This document shows positions 10,707 to 20,937 of a stretch of DNA of 32,000 nt, piece after piece; within the stretch, counting starts at the first letter, position 1, and every line of letters begins with the position of its first letter. The stretch lies in NCBI RefSeq assembly GCF_000196355.1, contig NC_007614.1:540001-572000 (forward strand). The letters are read 5' to 3'. The DNA is from Nitrosospira multiformis ATCC 25196 (lineage in GTDB: Bacteria > Pseudomonadota > Gammaproteobacteria > Burkholderiales > Nitrosomonadaceae). The notes under the pieces were generated by a model. The model was given only the letters and a program-made list of their open reading frames with translations, did no database searches and was not told the DNA's origin. Made by a program: the position numbers and the translations under genes.

Positions 10707-13085
10707 ATGAAATTTTCAGAAAACTGGCTGCGTACCTTTGTAAATCCTCCCTTGTCGACGCGTGATCTTGCCCATGCGCTGACGATGGCAGGACTGGAAG
10801 TCGAGAGCGTCGAGCCGGTCGCGCCAGCGTTTCACAAGGTGGTGGTAGCGGAAGTGTTATCGGTGCAGAAACATCCCGATGCGGATCATCTTCAGGTTTG
10901 CAAGGTGAAGACCGGTGCAGCGGGAAATGACGAGCCGCTGCAAATTGTCTGCGGCGCTGCCAATGTTCGGGCCGGTATAAAGGTGCCATGCGCTCTTTCA
11001 GGAGCGCAATTGCCGGGCATGGCCATCAAGCAGACCAGGATACGCGGGGTCGAATCCACGGGAATGTTGTGTTCAGCCAAGGAACTGGGATTGGAGGATG
11101 CTTCGTCCGGCCTGTTGCTGCTTTCGCCCGATGCGCCGGTAGGAACAGATTTTCGGGCATATTACGACCTCGAGGACAACCTTCTCACTCTCAAACTCAC
11201 GCCGAACCGCGGCGATTGCCTGGGATTATCCGGCATAGCGAGAGAAGTGGCGGCAATTACTTCCCAAAATCGCCAATCCGTCGAAATCAAGCCTGTGTCA
11301 GCACAGATTGCCGAAACCCTGGCAATCCATGTGGACGCGGCGACCGCCTGCCCACTCTACTGTGGTCGGGTAGTACGGGGCATTTCTCTTGATGTCGCTA
11401 CCCCGCAATGGATGGTGCAGCGACTGGAACGCAGCGGGTTGCGCGCTATCAACCCTGTGGTGGATGTGACCAATTATGTCATGCTGGAGACTGGCCAGCC
11501 CCTGCATGCTTTTGATTTGGCAAGAATACAGGGGGGTCTTGCCGGTTCCATTCACATCAGGTTCGCCCGCCCGGGGGAAAGTATCGAATTGCTGAACGGC
11601 GAGAATCTTGTGCTGCAACCCGATATGCTGGTGATCGCAGATGATGCCAAGCCCCTGGCGCTGGCGGGCATCATGGGTGGAAATGAAAGCGGGGTCACCT
11701 CAGGGGCGGTCGACTTGTTTCTGGAGAGCGCTTTTTTCAGCCCCGGCGTTATCGCCGGCAAATCCTTCTCGCTCGGCTTCAGCTCGGATTCGGCCTATCG
11801 TTTCGAACGCGGCGTCGATTTTGGCGCCACGCGCGCAGCAATGGAGCGCGCAACTGACCTGATTCTGAATATCTGCGGGGGCAGGGTGGGACCCGTTACT
11901 GAACTCCGTGGAAGCTTGCCAGCGCGGGATCCCATTCGCCTGGGTCTGGAGCGAGTCGGGCGAGTGTTGGGCGTAGAGCTGGATGAAGGTCGGGTAGCGG
12001 AACTGTTGCACCGGCTGCAGTTCGGTTTTTTGAATACAGACGCGGTATTTTACGTGACGCCTCCCACCTATCGGTTCGATCTTGCCATAGAAGAAGACCT
12101 GATCGAGGAGTTGGCGCGTATGTACGGATACAACCGTATTGCTGCGACCATGCCGCGAGCGAAACTCGACATACTTTCTGCGCCCGAGACCCGGCGAACG
12201 CGATCAAGACTGCGACAAATTCTAGTGGCGCGGGATTACCAGGAAGTCATCAATTATGCTTTCGTCGAAACCTCATGGGAAACGGAGTTGGCGGGCAACA
12301 GGACCCCTATCGCGTTGAAAAACCCTTTGTCCAATCAATTGGCGGTGATGCGCAGCAGCCTTTTGGGAGGGCTCATCTCTAATCTTCAGTTCAATCTCAA
12401 CCGCAAACAATCCAGGATTCGCCTGTTTGAAATCGGGGGTTGTTTCCAGAAAGATGGACAGACCTACTCGCAACAGGAAAAGCTGGCAGGACTCTGCTAT
12501 GGGGACGTCGTGGAGGAACAATGGGGTTTGCCTGCCCGTCCCGTCGATTTCTATGATGCAAAAGCCGATATCGAGGCGCTGTTATGGCCAGGGGAGCTTA
12601 GGGTCGCTGCCGCGCGCCATCCAGCCCTGCATCCGGGCAAGTCCGCGGAGATTTCCATAGATGGCCGTATTGGCGGCTTTCTTGGGGAGCTTCACCCCCG
12701 CTGGCAACAGAAGCTGGGGCTGGCTCGATCCGTTGTCCTGTTCGAATTGAACGTGGATGTTCTGCTGGCGCGAACGTTGCCACAGGCTTCAGAAATTTCC
12801 AAATATCCCCCGATCCGGCGCGATATCGCTGTACTCGTGCCGAAGGATGTCAGCGTGCAGGCGATTCTGGACAGCATGCGGAGCGAGAAGTTATCCATCA
12901 TTTCTGAAATTGCGCTCTTTGATGTATACCAGGGGAAAGGGGTGGAAAGCGACAAAAAAAGTCTTGCATTCCGTATGTTATTACAAGATACTGAAAAAAC
13001 TTTAACTGACGCACAAGCTGATCAGGTAGTCGCAAAACTGATAAGTGTTCTTGAAAACAGGTTTGGAGCAAGACTGCGCAGTTGA
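10707..13085 (+). CDS. pheT: Phenylalanine--tRNA ligase beta subunit
   Basis: 792 aa. N-terminus MKFSENWLR, OB-type tRNA-binding domain (QVCKV..G....QIVCGA.N), B3/4 and B5 regions, FDX-ACB-type C-terminus. Confidence 0.95.
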   Translation: MKFSENWLRTFVNPPLSTRDLAHALTMAGLEVESVEPVAPAFHKVVVAEVLSVQKHPDADHLQVCKVKTGAAGNDEPLQIVCGAANVRAGIKVPCALSGAQLPGMAIKQTRIRGVESTGMLCSAKELGLEDASSGLLLLSPDAPVGTDFRAYYDLEDNLLTLKLTPNRGDCLGLSGIAREVAAITSQNRQSVEIKPVSAQIAETLAIHVDAATACPLYCGRVVRGISLDVATPQWMVQRLERSGLRAINPVVDVTNYVMLETGQPLHAFDLARIQGGLAGSIHIRFARPGESIELLNGENLVLQPDMLVIADDAKPLALAGIMGGNESGVTSGAVDLFLESAFFSPGVIAGKSFSLGFSSDSAYRFERGVDFGATRAAMERATDLILNICGGRVGPVTELRGSLPARDPIRLGLERVGRVLGVELDEGRVAELLHRLQFGFLNTDAVFYVTPPTYRFDLAIEEDLIEELARMYGYNRIAATMPRAKLDILSAPETRRTRSRLRQILVARDYQEVINYAFVETSWETELAGNRTPIALKNPLSNQLAVMRSSLLGGLISNLQFNLNRKQSRIRLFEIGGCFQKDGQTYSQQEKLAGLCYGDVVEEQWGLPARPVDFYDAKADIEALLWPGELRVAAARHPALHPGKSAEISIDGRIGGFLGELHPRWQQKLGLARSVVLFELNVDVLLARTLPQASEISKYPPIRRDIAVLVPKDVSVQAILDSMRSEKLSIISEIALFDVYQGKGVESDKKSLAFRMLLQDTEKTLTDAQADQVVAKLISVLENRFGARLRS

Positions 13086-13135
13086 CCGGAAGATAGAGCA
13101 CGATGTTTGAGAGTAATAAAAGTGAGAGGGGGACT

Positions 13136-13441
13136 ATGACCTTAACAAAGGCCGAGCTGGCGGATTTGCTCTTTGAAAAAGTCGGTTTCAACAAACGCGA
13201 AGCCAAGGACATGGTGGAGTCTTTTTACGAAGAGGTTCGCATTGCGCTGCAAAATGGCGACGGCGTCAAGCTATCGGGATTCGGTAATTTCCAGTTACGC
13301 GACAAGCCCCAGCGTCCCGGCCGGAATCCCAAAACAGGTGAAGAAATTCCTATCACTGCCCGCAGGGTAGTTACTTTCCATGCAAGCCAGAAACTGAAGG
13401 CGATGGTTGAAAAGAATCAGCATGGCAAAGATAACGCCTGA
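13136..13441 (+). CDS. ihfA: Integration host factor alpha subunit
   Basis: [28 protein letters not shown] and the DNA-binding arm [29 protein letters not shown] 13136 follows GAGAGGGGG. The 11-codon upstream extension from 13103 is not supported by IHF-alpha N-termini. Confidence 0.9.
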   Translation: MTLTKAELADLLFEKVGFNKREAKDMVESFYEEVRIALQNGDGVKLSGFGNFQLRDKPQRPGRNPKTGEEIPITARRVVTFHASQKLKAMVEKNQHGKDNA

Positions 13442-13787
13442 TACTCCGCTTACCCCTATTCCCGCCAAACGCTATTTCACGATTGGAGAAGTAAGCGAAC
13501 TATGCGGTGTGAAGCCGCATGTATTGCGTTACTGGGAACAGGAGTTTACGCAACTGAAACCAGTCAAGCGCCGGGGCAATCGGCGCTACTATCAACACCA
13601 TGAAGTGCTGCTGATTCGCCGCATTCGGGAGTTGCTCTATGAGCAGGGCTTTACCATCCATGGCGCACGCGCACGTCTGGGACAGGGTTTCGTCAATCCC
13701 CTGCCGGTTGTCACACTTTCCTCATCTATCGATCTCGCGTCGCTACGTAGCGAGATCCAGGATGTACTGGCGTTGCTTCGCTCGTGA
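13422..13787 (+). CDS. MerR-family HTH transcriptional regulator (short, no obvious effector domain)
   Basis: MerR HTH pattern [25 protein letters not shown]...R..GNRRYY. ATG 13422 overlaps the ihfA 3' end by 20 nt (alternative TTG at 13407). As I recall, the ihfA-merR-tRNA-Pro order matches Pseudomonas and other proteobacteria. Confidence 0.8.
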   Translation: MAKITPDTPLTPIPAKRYFTIGEVSELCGVKPHVLRYWEQEFTQLKPVKRRGNRRYYQHHEVLLIRRIRELLYEQGFTIHGARARLGQGFVNPLPVVTLSSSIDLASLRSEIQDVLALLRS

Positions 13788-13895
13788 GAGCTCTCTTTTT
13801 TCAATTACATTGGCTGCAAAAGGTTGTAAAGCACTGGCGGACATCCGCTTGACATTCATTGGGGACTCCGCAGGTTTCTAACCTTTCGGGTTTAT

Positions 13896-13904
13896 TGTTA
13901 TAAT
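13896..13904 (+). promoter_or_regulatory. Candidate extended -10 (TGtTATAAT) for tRNA-Pro
   Basis: TATAAT at 13899-13904 preceded by TGT, 9 nt upstream of the tRNA 5' end. No good -35 at 17-bp spacing. The TTGACA at 13849-13854 is 44 bp away. Confidence 0.35.
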
Positions 13905-13913
13905 TCGCCACGT

Positions 13914-13990
<77 letters not shown>

Positions 13991-14083
13991 GTCAAGCTTA
14001 TCAACAAGTACTGTCATGCGCAGTGGAGGTTGAGCGCATCTATCTCCCCTTTAAGCTGAAACCATCACCTGGGGCATGTTCAA

Positions 14084-14851
14084 ATGCGCATACTGCTCAG
14101 TAATGACGATGGGTATTTTGCGCCGGGTCTCGCTTGTCTTGCAGAAGCGCTTTCCGTCATTGCGGACATCGTAGTCGTCGCCCCGGAGCGCGACCGAAGC
14201 GGCGCCAGCAATTCGCTTACGCTGGACCGGCCTCTCAGTCTTCGTAAATCCCACAACGGTTTCTATTACGTCAATGGCACGCCGACAGATTGCGTGCATC
14301 TGGCGGTTACAGGCATGCTTGACACCTTGCCTGACATGGTCGTATCCGGAATCAACGATGGTGCCAACATGGGGGACGACACCATTTATTCCGGGACGGT
14401 AGCAGCGGCAACTGAAGGCTTTTTACTTGGCGTACCTTCCCTTGCCATTTCACTCGCTGGTTTTTCGGCCGGAAATTTCCCTACTGCCGCCCGTGTCGCG
14501 GCTGAAATAGTGCGTCGCTTTGAAACGGATAAACTTCATGGCCCCGTGCTACTGAATATCAATGTACCTGATATCCCGTACGATGAGTTGCAGGGCCTGG
14601 AGGTCACCCGGCTGGGGCGCCGGCATAAGGCGGAACCGGTAGTAAAGTATAAAACCCCACGAGGTGAGACAGTATATTGGGTGGGTGCGGCAGGGCCCGC
14701 GCAGGATGCCGGGGAGGGAACGGACTTTCTCGCGATTCAGCGCAAGCGTGTATCGGTGACCCCCCTGCAAATCGACCTCACCCGGTATGGGCAGCTGGAC
14801 GCGGTAAAGGAATGGCTGAATAGTCACGCTCTTGGCAGCACGCGGAGCTGA
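14084..14851 (+). CDS. surE: 5'/3'-nucleotidase SurE
   Basis: [16 protein letters not shown]-terminus, [22 protein letters not shown]. Confidence 0.93.
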   Translation: MRILLSNDDGYFAPGLACLAEALSVIADIVVVAPERDRSGASNSLTLDRPLSLRKSHNGFYYVNGTPTDCVHLAVTGMLDTLPDMVVSGINDGANMGDDTIYSGTVAAATEGFLLGVPSLAISLAGFSAGNFPTAARVAAEIVRRFETDKLHGPVLLNINVPDIPYDELQGLEVTRLGRRHKAEPVVKYKTPRGETVYWVGAAGPAQDAGEGTDFLAIQRKRVSVTPLQIDLTRYGQLDAVKEWLNSHALGSTRS

Positions 14852-14903
14852 AGGCTGTGTTCAAGGCAGATCGGGATTGAACGTCCGCCATTCCGGAATC
14901 GGC

Positions 14904-15539
14904 ATGACTTCACAGCGGACGCGTGCGCGCATGGTTGAGCGACTGTGCACGCAGGGGGTCACGGATGAAGCAGTGCTCACAGCCATGATTACCGTTCCTC
15001 GTCACATCTTTGTGGAGGAAGTGCTGGCAAGCCGTGCCTACGACGACGTCGCCTTGCCGATCAATTTCGAGCAGACGATTTCGAACCCGTTCACCGTGGC
15101 GAGGATGAGTCAGTTGCTGCGCGCAGGTTCCAATCCGGGCAAGGTGCTTGAGATTGGCACGGGCTCCGGCTATCAGACTGCGATACTGGCGCAGTTCTCC
15201 CGGGAAGTCTATTCGGTCGAGCGTATCGGGCCTCTGCTGACGCGCACTCGCGGGCGGCTAAGAGAGTTACGCATCAACAATGTGCGCCTGAAGCATGCTG
15301 ACGGTCTGCTTGGCCTTTCCGAGGCAGCGCCGTTTGACGGAATCATTCTCACGGCTGCAACGCCGCACATGCCTCCGGCACTACTTGAACAATTAGCCAT
15401 TCGTGGCAGAATGGTATTTCCCAGGGGAACCAGCGAGCAAGTTTTGTGCGTTATCGAACGCAACTTGCAAGGTTATACTGAGACAATACTGGACGAAGTC
15501 AAGTTTGTCCCAATGATACCGGGGATCTGGCAGCGTTAG
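14904..15539 (+). CDS. pcm: Protein-L-isoaspartate O-methyltransferase
   Basis: SAM-binding VLEIGTGSGYQTAILA, VPRHIFV motif. A start at ATG 14904 gives 211 aa, the typical Pcm size. The TTG 14832 extension overlaps surE and looks spurious. Confidence 0.9.
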   Translation: MTSQRTRARMVERLCTQGVTDEAVLTAMITVPRHIFVEEVLASRAYDDVALPINFEQTISNPFTVARMSQLLRAGSNPGKVLEIGTGSGYQTAILAQFSREVYSVERIGPLLTRTRGRLRELRINNVRLKHADGLLGLSEAAPFDGIILTAATPHMPPALLEQLAIRGRMVFPRGTSEQVLCVIERNLQGYTETILDEVKFVPMIPGIWQR

Positions 15540-15578
15540 GAAACCGCAACGATATCGAGCAAGGGAAACGAGACAACA

Positions 15579-16661
15579 ATGAGCGCTACACGAATCAGGG
15601 ATATGAGTCTGAACAGTAATCTTTCCGGTCTGGGCAAAGATCTTCCTCGCACATTTTTCGCGCAGCGGCATATTCTCCCATACTGTCTGTCCCTCGCATT
15701 ATGCTTGCTGATTGCAGGTTGTTCATCCACGCCTCGTCAGGGGCCAATGAGTAACAAGGCCGTGCCGGACCGGCAAAAAAATGGCGTTTCAACCTCCCCT
15801 CAATCCCAGCGGCCTGGCGTGCATATCGTTCGCAGAGGCGACACGCTCTACAGTATTGCGACGAGCAACAATATTAATCCCAGGGAGTTGGCGGCGTGGA
15901 ACAATCTCCCTGATCCAGGAGCAATCCGGATTGGCCAGGAGATCTTTTTATCCCGACCCGAGGGGCCGGTAGCGGCACAACCAACCCTGTTCGCCATTCA
16001 GGAGTCCGCCCCATCTTCGTCCGTAGTAGCGCCAGCATCGCCGGCACAACCCAGACAAGACAGTATGCCGATGCCGGAAGCAAGACAACCGGTCCCGGTG
16101 GGAAAGGTGAAAACAGAACCAAAGGCGTTCAAGTTGCCTTACTCGGAACAGGCCCTTGCGCAGGTGAAAAGCCGGGCGGATGCAGCTCTGCCGGTAACGG
16201 TGGTAAAGGTCGCGCCGGCTGTCGAAAAAACAACGCCTGCCGAAATCAGCACGATTTCCATTCCTCCATCTGAAGCCATCAGAAATAATGCCCAGGGCGA
16301 GTGGGTATGGCCTGCCAAAGGCAGGGTAGCAGACCTTTTTTCGGAAAGCACCAAAGGCATCGATATCGTCGGGATGAGAGGACAAACGGTAGCCGCATCC
16401 GCAGGAGGGAAAGTGGTTTATAGCGGCGAGGGCCTACGCGGATACGGCAAACTGATCATTATCAAACATAGCGACACCTATCTCAGCGCCTATGCGCATA
16501 ACAGCAAGCTCCTTGTGAAGGAAGGGGAGACGGTGATCAAAGGACAGAAAATTGCTGAGATGGGAAGCACGGACGCCGGTCTTGTCAAGCTCCATTTCGA
16601 AATTCGGAAGAATGGCAAACCGGTCGATCCTCTGAAATATTTACCGGGTATTTCCGGATGA
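15579..16661 (+). CDS. nlpD: Murein hydrolase activator NlpD (lipoprotein, LysM + degenerate LytM/M23 domain)
   Basis: Lipobox LIAGC. LysM domain (HIVRRGDTLYSIA...IRIGQEIFL). C-terminal M23 domain very similar to E. coli NlpD (GYGKLIIIKHSDTYLSAYAHNS, KLHFEIRKNGKPVDPLKYLP). Start is 15579 or 15603. Confidence 0.88.
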   Translation: MSATRIRDMSLNSNLSGLGKDLPRTFFAQRHILPYCLSLALCLLIAGCSSTPRQGPMSNKAVPDRQKNGVSTSPQSQRPGVHIVRRGDTLYSIATSNNINPRELAAWNNLPDPGAIRIGQEIFLSRPEGPVAAQPTLFAIQESAPSSSVVAPASPAQPRQDSMPMPEARQPVPVGKVKTEPKAFKLPYSEQALAQVKSRADAALPVTVVKVAPAVEKTTPAEISTISIPPSEAIRNNAQGEWVWPAKGRVADLFSESTKGIDIVGMRGQTVAASAGGKVVYSGEGLRGYGKLIIIKHSDTYLSAYAHNSKLLVKEGETVIKGQKIAEMGSTDAGLVKLHFEIRKNGKPVDPLKYLPGISG

Positions 16662-16676
16662 ATTGAGGATGAGCTC

Positions 16677-17630
16677 ATGATGAACCAGCAAGAATACACT
16701 GACGAAGAAGAACTCTTCGAGAAGGAGGATTCACTGGAGCAGGATGATGAGGCTGCCGACACGCCCTCCAGCGCAATAACGGACACATCCAACGACTTTC
16801 TATTGACCGATGTTACTCAAATCTATTTCAACGAGATTGGCCATAATGCCCTGCTGACCCCGAAGGAAGAAGCGGAACTGACGCGCCGCGTCAGACAGAA
16901 CGATTTTGCCGCACGTCAGAAAATGATTGAGTGTAATTTGCGACTGGTGGTCAATATAGCAAAACATTATACCAACCATGGGGTTGCCTTGCTCGACCTG
17001 ATAGAAGAAGGCAACATGGGGATGATGCACGCTCTTGATAAATTCGATCCGGAACGAGGATTCCGTTTTTCGACCTATGCGACTTGGTGGATACGACAGA
17101 ATATCGAGCGTTGCATCATGAATCAGTCGCGGACTATCCGTCTTCCGGTCCATGTCATCAAGGATTTGAACATCATATTGCAGGCCGCCCGCCACCTTGA
17201 AGCCCATACGGGAAAAGACCCCAAAGCGGAGGATGTGGCTCATCTGCTGGGGCGGACAGTCAAGGAAGTGCAAAGAATGTTGTCTTTGAACCAGAGCATG
17301 ATGTCATTGGACGCGCCGCTCGATGTGGATCCCTTGCTGTCAATCGGTGATGCAATTGCAGATGACCAGAGTCCCGGCCCGGATCTTATGTGGGAGCAGT
17401 CCGAGATAAAAGGTCGCGTACAGGATTGGTTGAACCGGTTAAATGATAAACAGCGCTATATAATCGAGCAGCGCTACGGGCTCAACGGCTATGAAACGCA
17501 AACTCTGGAGCAACTGGCTGCAAGTCTCGATCTTACACGCGAACGCGTGCGCCAGATTCAACTGGAAGCGCTGCAAACCTTGCGCATGATACTGAGGTGC
17601 GAGGGCGTATCGAAGGAGGGAGTATTTTGA
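16677..17630 (+). CDS. rpoS: RNA polymerase sigma factor RpoS
   Basis: Sigma-70 family regions 1.2-4.2 ([35 protein letters not shown]; [16 protein letters not shown]). Canonical position after surE-pcm-nlpD. Confidence 0.88.
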   Translation: MMNQQEYTDEEELFEKEDSLEQDDEAADTPSSAITDTSNDFLLTDVTQIYFNEIGHNALLTPKEEAELTRRVRQNDFAARQKMIECNLRLVVNIAKHYTNHGVALLDLIEEGNMGMMHALDKFDPERGFRFSTYATWWIRQNIERCIMNQSRTIRLPVHVIKDLNIILQAARHLEAHTGKDPKAEDVAHLLGRTVKEVQRMLSLNQSMMSLDAPLDVDPLLSIGDAIADDQSPGPDLMWEQSEIKGRVQDWLNRLNDKQRYIIEQRYGLNGYETQTLEQLAASLDLTRERVRQIQLEALQTLRMILRCEGVSKEGVF

Positions 17631-17702
17631 GGAGCCGCTGACCAAATCTTCCATAACGCGCGTTGCGCCTCCGGGGATTTATTCAGGGGCTCCTCAAGTT
17701 TT
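17629..17702 (+). terminator. Candidate terminator structure after rpoS
   Basis: GAGGAGCCGCTGA (17629-17641) pairs with TCAGGGGCTCCTC (17683-17695), 12 of 13 positions, followed by AAGTTTT. The loop is large (41 nt), so the function is uncertain. Confidence 0.35.
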
Positions 17703-18018
17703 CAACTTCCTGGAGTTTTCAACCCCCAGGCAATCAACGCGTTTGATCGCTTTGGCGACAAACTTTCTTTTTACAAATCATTTTACCGATCCCGTTCGGC
17801 TTGGACTGGTTTAAACTTTGATTAACGAACTTATGACATTCATACTTGTCTAAAGTGAGGGATATACTTGAGGTTGGGCGAATTCAGCTTCGTCGCCGAC
17901 TATTTACAAGTAAGTAAGGTTAAGGGTAATCCCGCTTTCGAATACGAATCAGAGCCAAGTCCCGCATCGCCTTTTGCGATGAAATTCTCACTTTCCAAGA
18001 TATATCACAATCACTGCC

Positions 18019-18444
18019 ATGTCTGAACCACAATTCTTTGCTCCTGATCCGGGCCTGTGTACAGAAGAAGAGATTTCCTATCTAGTTCATACGTTTTATG
18101 CAACGGCCAGAAAGGATCCGCTGCTCGGTCCGATCTTCGAGGCTCATGTTACTGACTGGGACGCACATTTCGTGCAGATGATCAATTTCTGGTCGATGAA
18201 GCTGCGGGGAACAGGCAGGTTCCGTGGCGCGCCCATGCCCAAGCACGTAGCCCTGCCTGGACTGACGCCGGAATTATTCGAACGGTGGCTTCAACTTTTC
18301 CACCAGACCACGAGCGGGATGGAAAATGCCAATTTACAGTTCAACGCGGATATGCTGGCGCGGCATATCGGCAGCAGGCTTTGGCTAAGGTATCAAATGG
18401 AGCGCTACCCCGACAGGCAGCTGGTGGAGCTCTGCGGCGCGTAG
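18019..18444 (+). CDS. Group III truncated haemoglobin (trHbP-like globin)
   Basis: 141 aa. The pattern F.Y...RKD..LGPIF....W..H......FW...L.G.G...G.P..KH..LP.....F..WL.LF matches my recollection of Campylobacter Ctb-type group III trHb. The candidate proximal His is in PMPKHVALP. Confidence 0.72.
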   Translation: MSEPQFFAPDPGLCTEEEISYLVHTFYATARKDPLLGPIFEAHVTDWDAHFVQMINFWSMKLRGTGRFRGAPMPKHVALPGLTPELFERWLQLFHQTTSGMENANLQFNADMLARHIGSRLWLRYQMERYPDRQLVELCGA

Positions 18445-18491
18445 TCCCCACTGCGGGAGCCACTGGCGGGTGGCCGGTCGCCCCAACGAAA

Positions 18492-19754
18492 TCAGAAGTG
18501 ATGGTTGAGTTGAAGGGAAATGATGTGGGCGTTTGTGCTGAATGAGCCGCGTACTACCTGAAGCAATGGGTTCGGGAAGGTGGGGCGCTCGATCTCCGCT
18601 CCTTTGAAGAACACATGTGAATACCCTACGTCGATCGACGTTCGTTCGCCAAGCTTCTGGTTGAGGCCTACCGCTAACCAGAAACGATCGGAATCCGGCA
18701 GACGTACCGATCGATCCCTGGCGTTACGCACGGGGGATTGGTCGTAGGCGAACCCGGCGTGGAGCCGAAGGCGCTCCGTATACTGATATTGCGCGCCAAG
18801 ACCCACGCGGAAACTGTCTTCGAATCCCAGCCGTTCATTTGCGAGAATGGTACCGGAAGCGCGACTCGTGGCGACGATTGCCGGTATGTGACCCCAGCCG
18901 GTCCAGGTCAGGTCTGCAAGCAATCGCAATCGATCGCTCATCATGTGAGAGATTGCCAGGGATGCGGTGTTTGGAAGCTCGAGAGCGACCGAAGCGGGAA
19001 TGACAGTCCCAGGCGCGCTCAGTCGGCCGTCAACTTTCAAATCCACTGTCGATCTGTAAGTGAGCCCCATGCGCGTGGACGGTGAAAACCGGAACATGAC
19101 GCCAAGGTTATAGCCAAAGCCTACATCATCCCCTTTCATCTTTGTTTCCACGTCTACCGGGAGGGGCAGCAGGGATGTTACGGGCACCATGCTGCGCAAA
19201 TCCGCGTCAAACTTCACGATATTCAGACCCGCGCCAATCGAGACATCCTCGCTCAACTGCCAGGCAAAGCTCGGGTTGAAATTAATCGCCAAGATTTCAG
19301 AGAATCTTCCCTGGTAGCGGCCAATAAAGGTCTTGTTCCATTCCGTGGAGTTGCCAAAGGTGGGGGATACCCCCAAGCCGAGGCGGAAGGCAGAACCCAG
19401 CGACATGCTCCAGTAAAAAGCGGGAATGGGCGAGAGGCCTCCGGCCTGGCCGCCATTATCGCCCAGGGGATAGCTGAGGAAAGGACTGCTGCCCGTATTC
19501 TTGAATCTCAAGGACCGGATGAGCAGGTTGCCCGCTCCGGAAACATGATGCCCGGGAGCAAGGTAGGTCATGCCAGCCGGATTGAAATAAATCGTGGATG
19601 CGTCTTGCGCGACAGCCGCGGCGCCTGCATAGGCGTAGCCGTTTCCGGCTCCATTCTGGTTTTGCAAAGCGAATCCTGCTGCGCGGGCGCCATTGGGAGC
19701 GAACAGGATTCCTGTCAACAGCAAAGGCATCAATAGTAATCTGGAAGCTTGCAT
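18492..19754 (-). CDS. FadL/OmpP1/TodX-family outer-membrane hydrophobic-compound channel
   Basis: Signal peptide MQASRLLLMPLLLTGILFAPNGARA. Family N-terminus AGFALQNQNGAGNGYAYAGAAAVAQDASTIYFNPAGM. Beta-barrel-like alternation and terminal aromatic residue (..LQLNHHF). Alternative GTG start at 19790. Confidence 0.85.
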   Translation of the reverse strand: MQASRLLLMPLLLTGILFAPNGARAAGFALQNQNGAGNGYAYAGAAAVAQDASTIYFNPAGMTYLAPGHHVSGAGNLLIRSLRFKNTGSSPFLSYPLGDNGGQAGGLSPIPAFYWSMSLGSAFRLGLGVSPTFGNSTEWNKTFIGRYQGRFSEILAINFNPSFAWQLSEDVSIGAGLNIVKFDADLRSMVPVTSLLPLPVDVETKMKGDDVGFGYNLGVMFRFSPSTRMGLTYRSTVDLKVDGRLSAPGTVIPASVALELPNTASLAISHMMSDRLRLLADLTWTGWGHIPAIVATSRASGTILANERLGFEDSFRVGLGAQYQYTERLRLHAGFAYDQSPVRNARDRSVRLPDSDRFWLAVGLNQKLGERTSIDVGYSHVFFKGAEIERPTFPNPLLQVVRGSFSTNAHIISLQLNHHF

Positions 19755-20302
19755 GATTCGGATTGCTGATTTGAGAAGTTCTGTTTCCACCGGTTATCGA
19801 TGCATATGCTTACAAGCATAGTCGATATTTCGGTTCCTGTTAAAAATCCTGCCCTGACCCTGCCGAAGGAGCACGTCCTGCAGCCTGATGCTTGGGAATT
19901 TAATGAGAGGTTTCATGATTTTAATGAAAGTATCGAAAGCTTCGACACCGTCCCGGGTAAGCGGAGACAGCTTTGGGGAGTAACGGCCATCCGTGGAGTC
20001 ATTGCTGCGCTCGAGCAATTTGTTTCCACACCTCACTTGCAAAAGTGATTTGCTGCGCGGGCAGCGCTGCGTAGGTATTCCTGTTTTCGGATATACTTGC
20101 CCTCATAAATATAATTCTCCCTGCAAGTGCATATGAAATGGAACTGGAAACTCTGGCTCCGTTTTTTATCCGTATCCTCGGCTCTATTTTGCGGGAGATA
20201 TCCAGTATGGCAGGTATCAGGATGCGCTGATCTCTTGTCAAGGTTTCAGAGGAAAGCGCGGCACCGATCAAATTTTTATGTCACCACATGGGAGTGAAAA
20301 CA

Positions 20303-20920
20303 ATGAGCAATCAAAATACCGGTAGCGCCCCGTATGTTCTGCCCCCTTTACCTTATGCGGATAACGCGCTGGACCCCGTCATTTCGGCAAATACGCTTGG
20401 CTTCCACTACGGAAAACATCACAAGACCTATGTCGATAATCTCAACAAGCTGGTTGCAGGTACAGATCTGGCGGATATGTCTCTGGAGGAGATCATCACT
20501 TCCACTGCGGGAAAGGCAGACAAGGCAGGAATTTTCAATAACGCTGCCCAGGTGTGGAACCATACCTTTTACTGGAACAGTTTATCGCCCAAGGGCGGGG
20601 GTGAGCCGCCCGCGTCGCTGAAGCAAAAAATCGAGACCGCTTTCGGCAGCGTGGAGGTTTGCAAAAAGGAACTGGCGACGGCAGCCACAACCCAGTTCGG
20701 CAGCGGATGGGCATGGCTCGTAAACGATGGCGACAGGCTGCAGGTGATAAAGACGGGTAACGCAGATCTCCCGCTCACAAAAGGAATGAAGCCGCTCTTA
20801 ACGATCGATGTCTGGGAACACGCCTACTACCTTGATTACCAGAACCGGCGCCCGGATTATGTCAATGCCGTGCTCGACAAGCTGATCAACTGGGGCTTTG
20901 CCGCTGACAACGATAAATAA
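20303..20920 (+). CDS. sodB: Iron superoxide dismutase
   Basis: [25 protein letters not shown], Fe-type [29 protein letters not shown] 20303 lies 7 nt after GGGAG. The 5-codon extension from 20288 is unlikely. Confidence 0.93.
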   Translation: MSNQNTGSAPYVLPPLPYADNALDPVISANTLGFHYGKHHKTYVDNLNKLVAGTDLADMSLEEIITSTAGKADKAGIFNNAAQVWNHTFYWNSLSPKGGGEPPASLKQKIETAFGSVEVCKKELATAATTQFGSGWAWLVNDGDRLQVIKTGNADLPLTKGMKPLLTIDVWEHAYYLDYQNRRPDYVNAVLDKLINWGFAADNDK

Positions 20921-20937
20921 TACCGCGACCTGCTGAT

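Noticed and set aside
17733-17747. ATCAA-N5-TTGAT palindrome upstream of the globin gene, considered as an FNR/CRP-family site
   Set aside because: The half-sites face the opposite way to the FNR consensus (TTGAT-N4-ATCAA) and the spacing is wrong. I retained it only as an unexplained palindrome in the globin finding.
19895-19935. AT-rich TTTAATGA repeats upstream of sodB, considered as a Fur box
   Set aside because: My best hand alignment to GATAATGATAATCATTATC gives only about 8 of 19 matches, which is not convincing.
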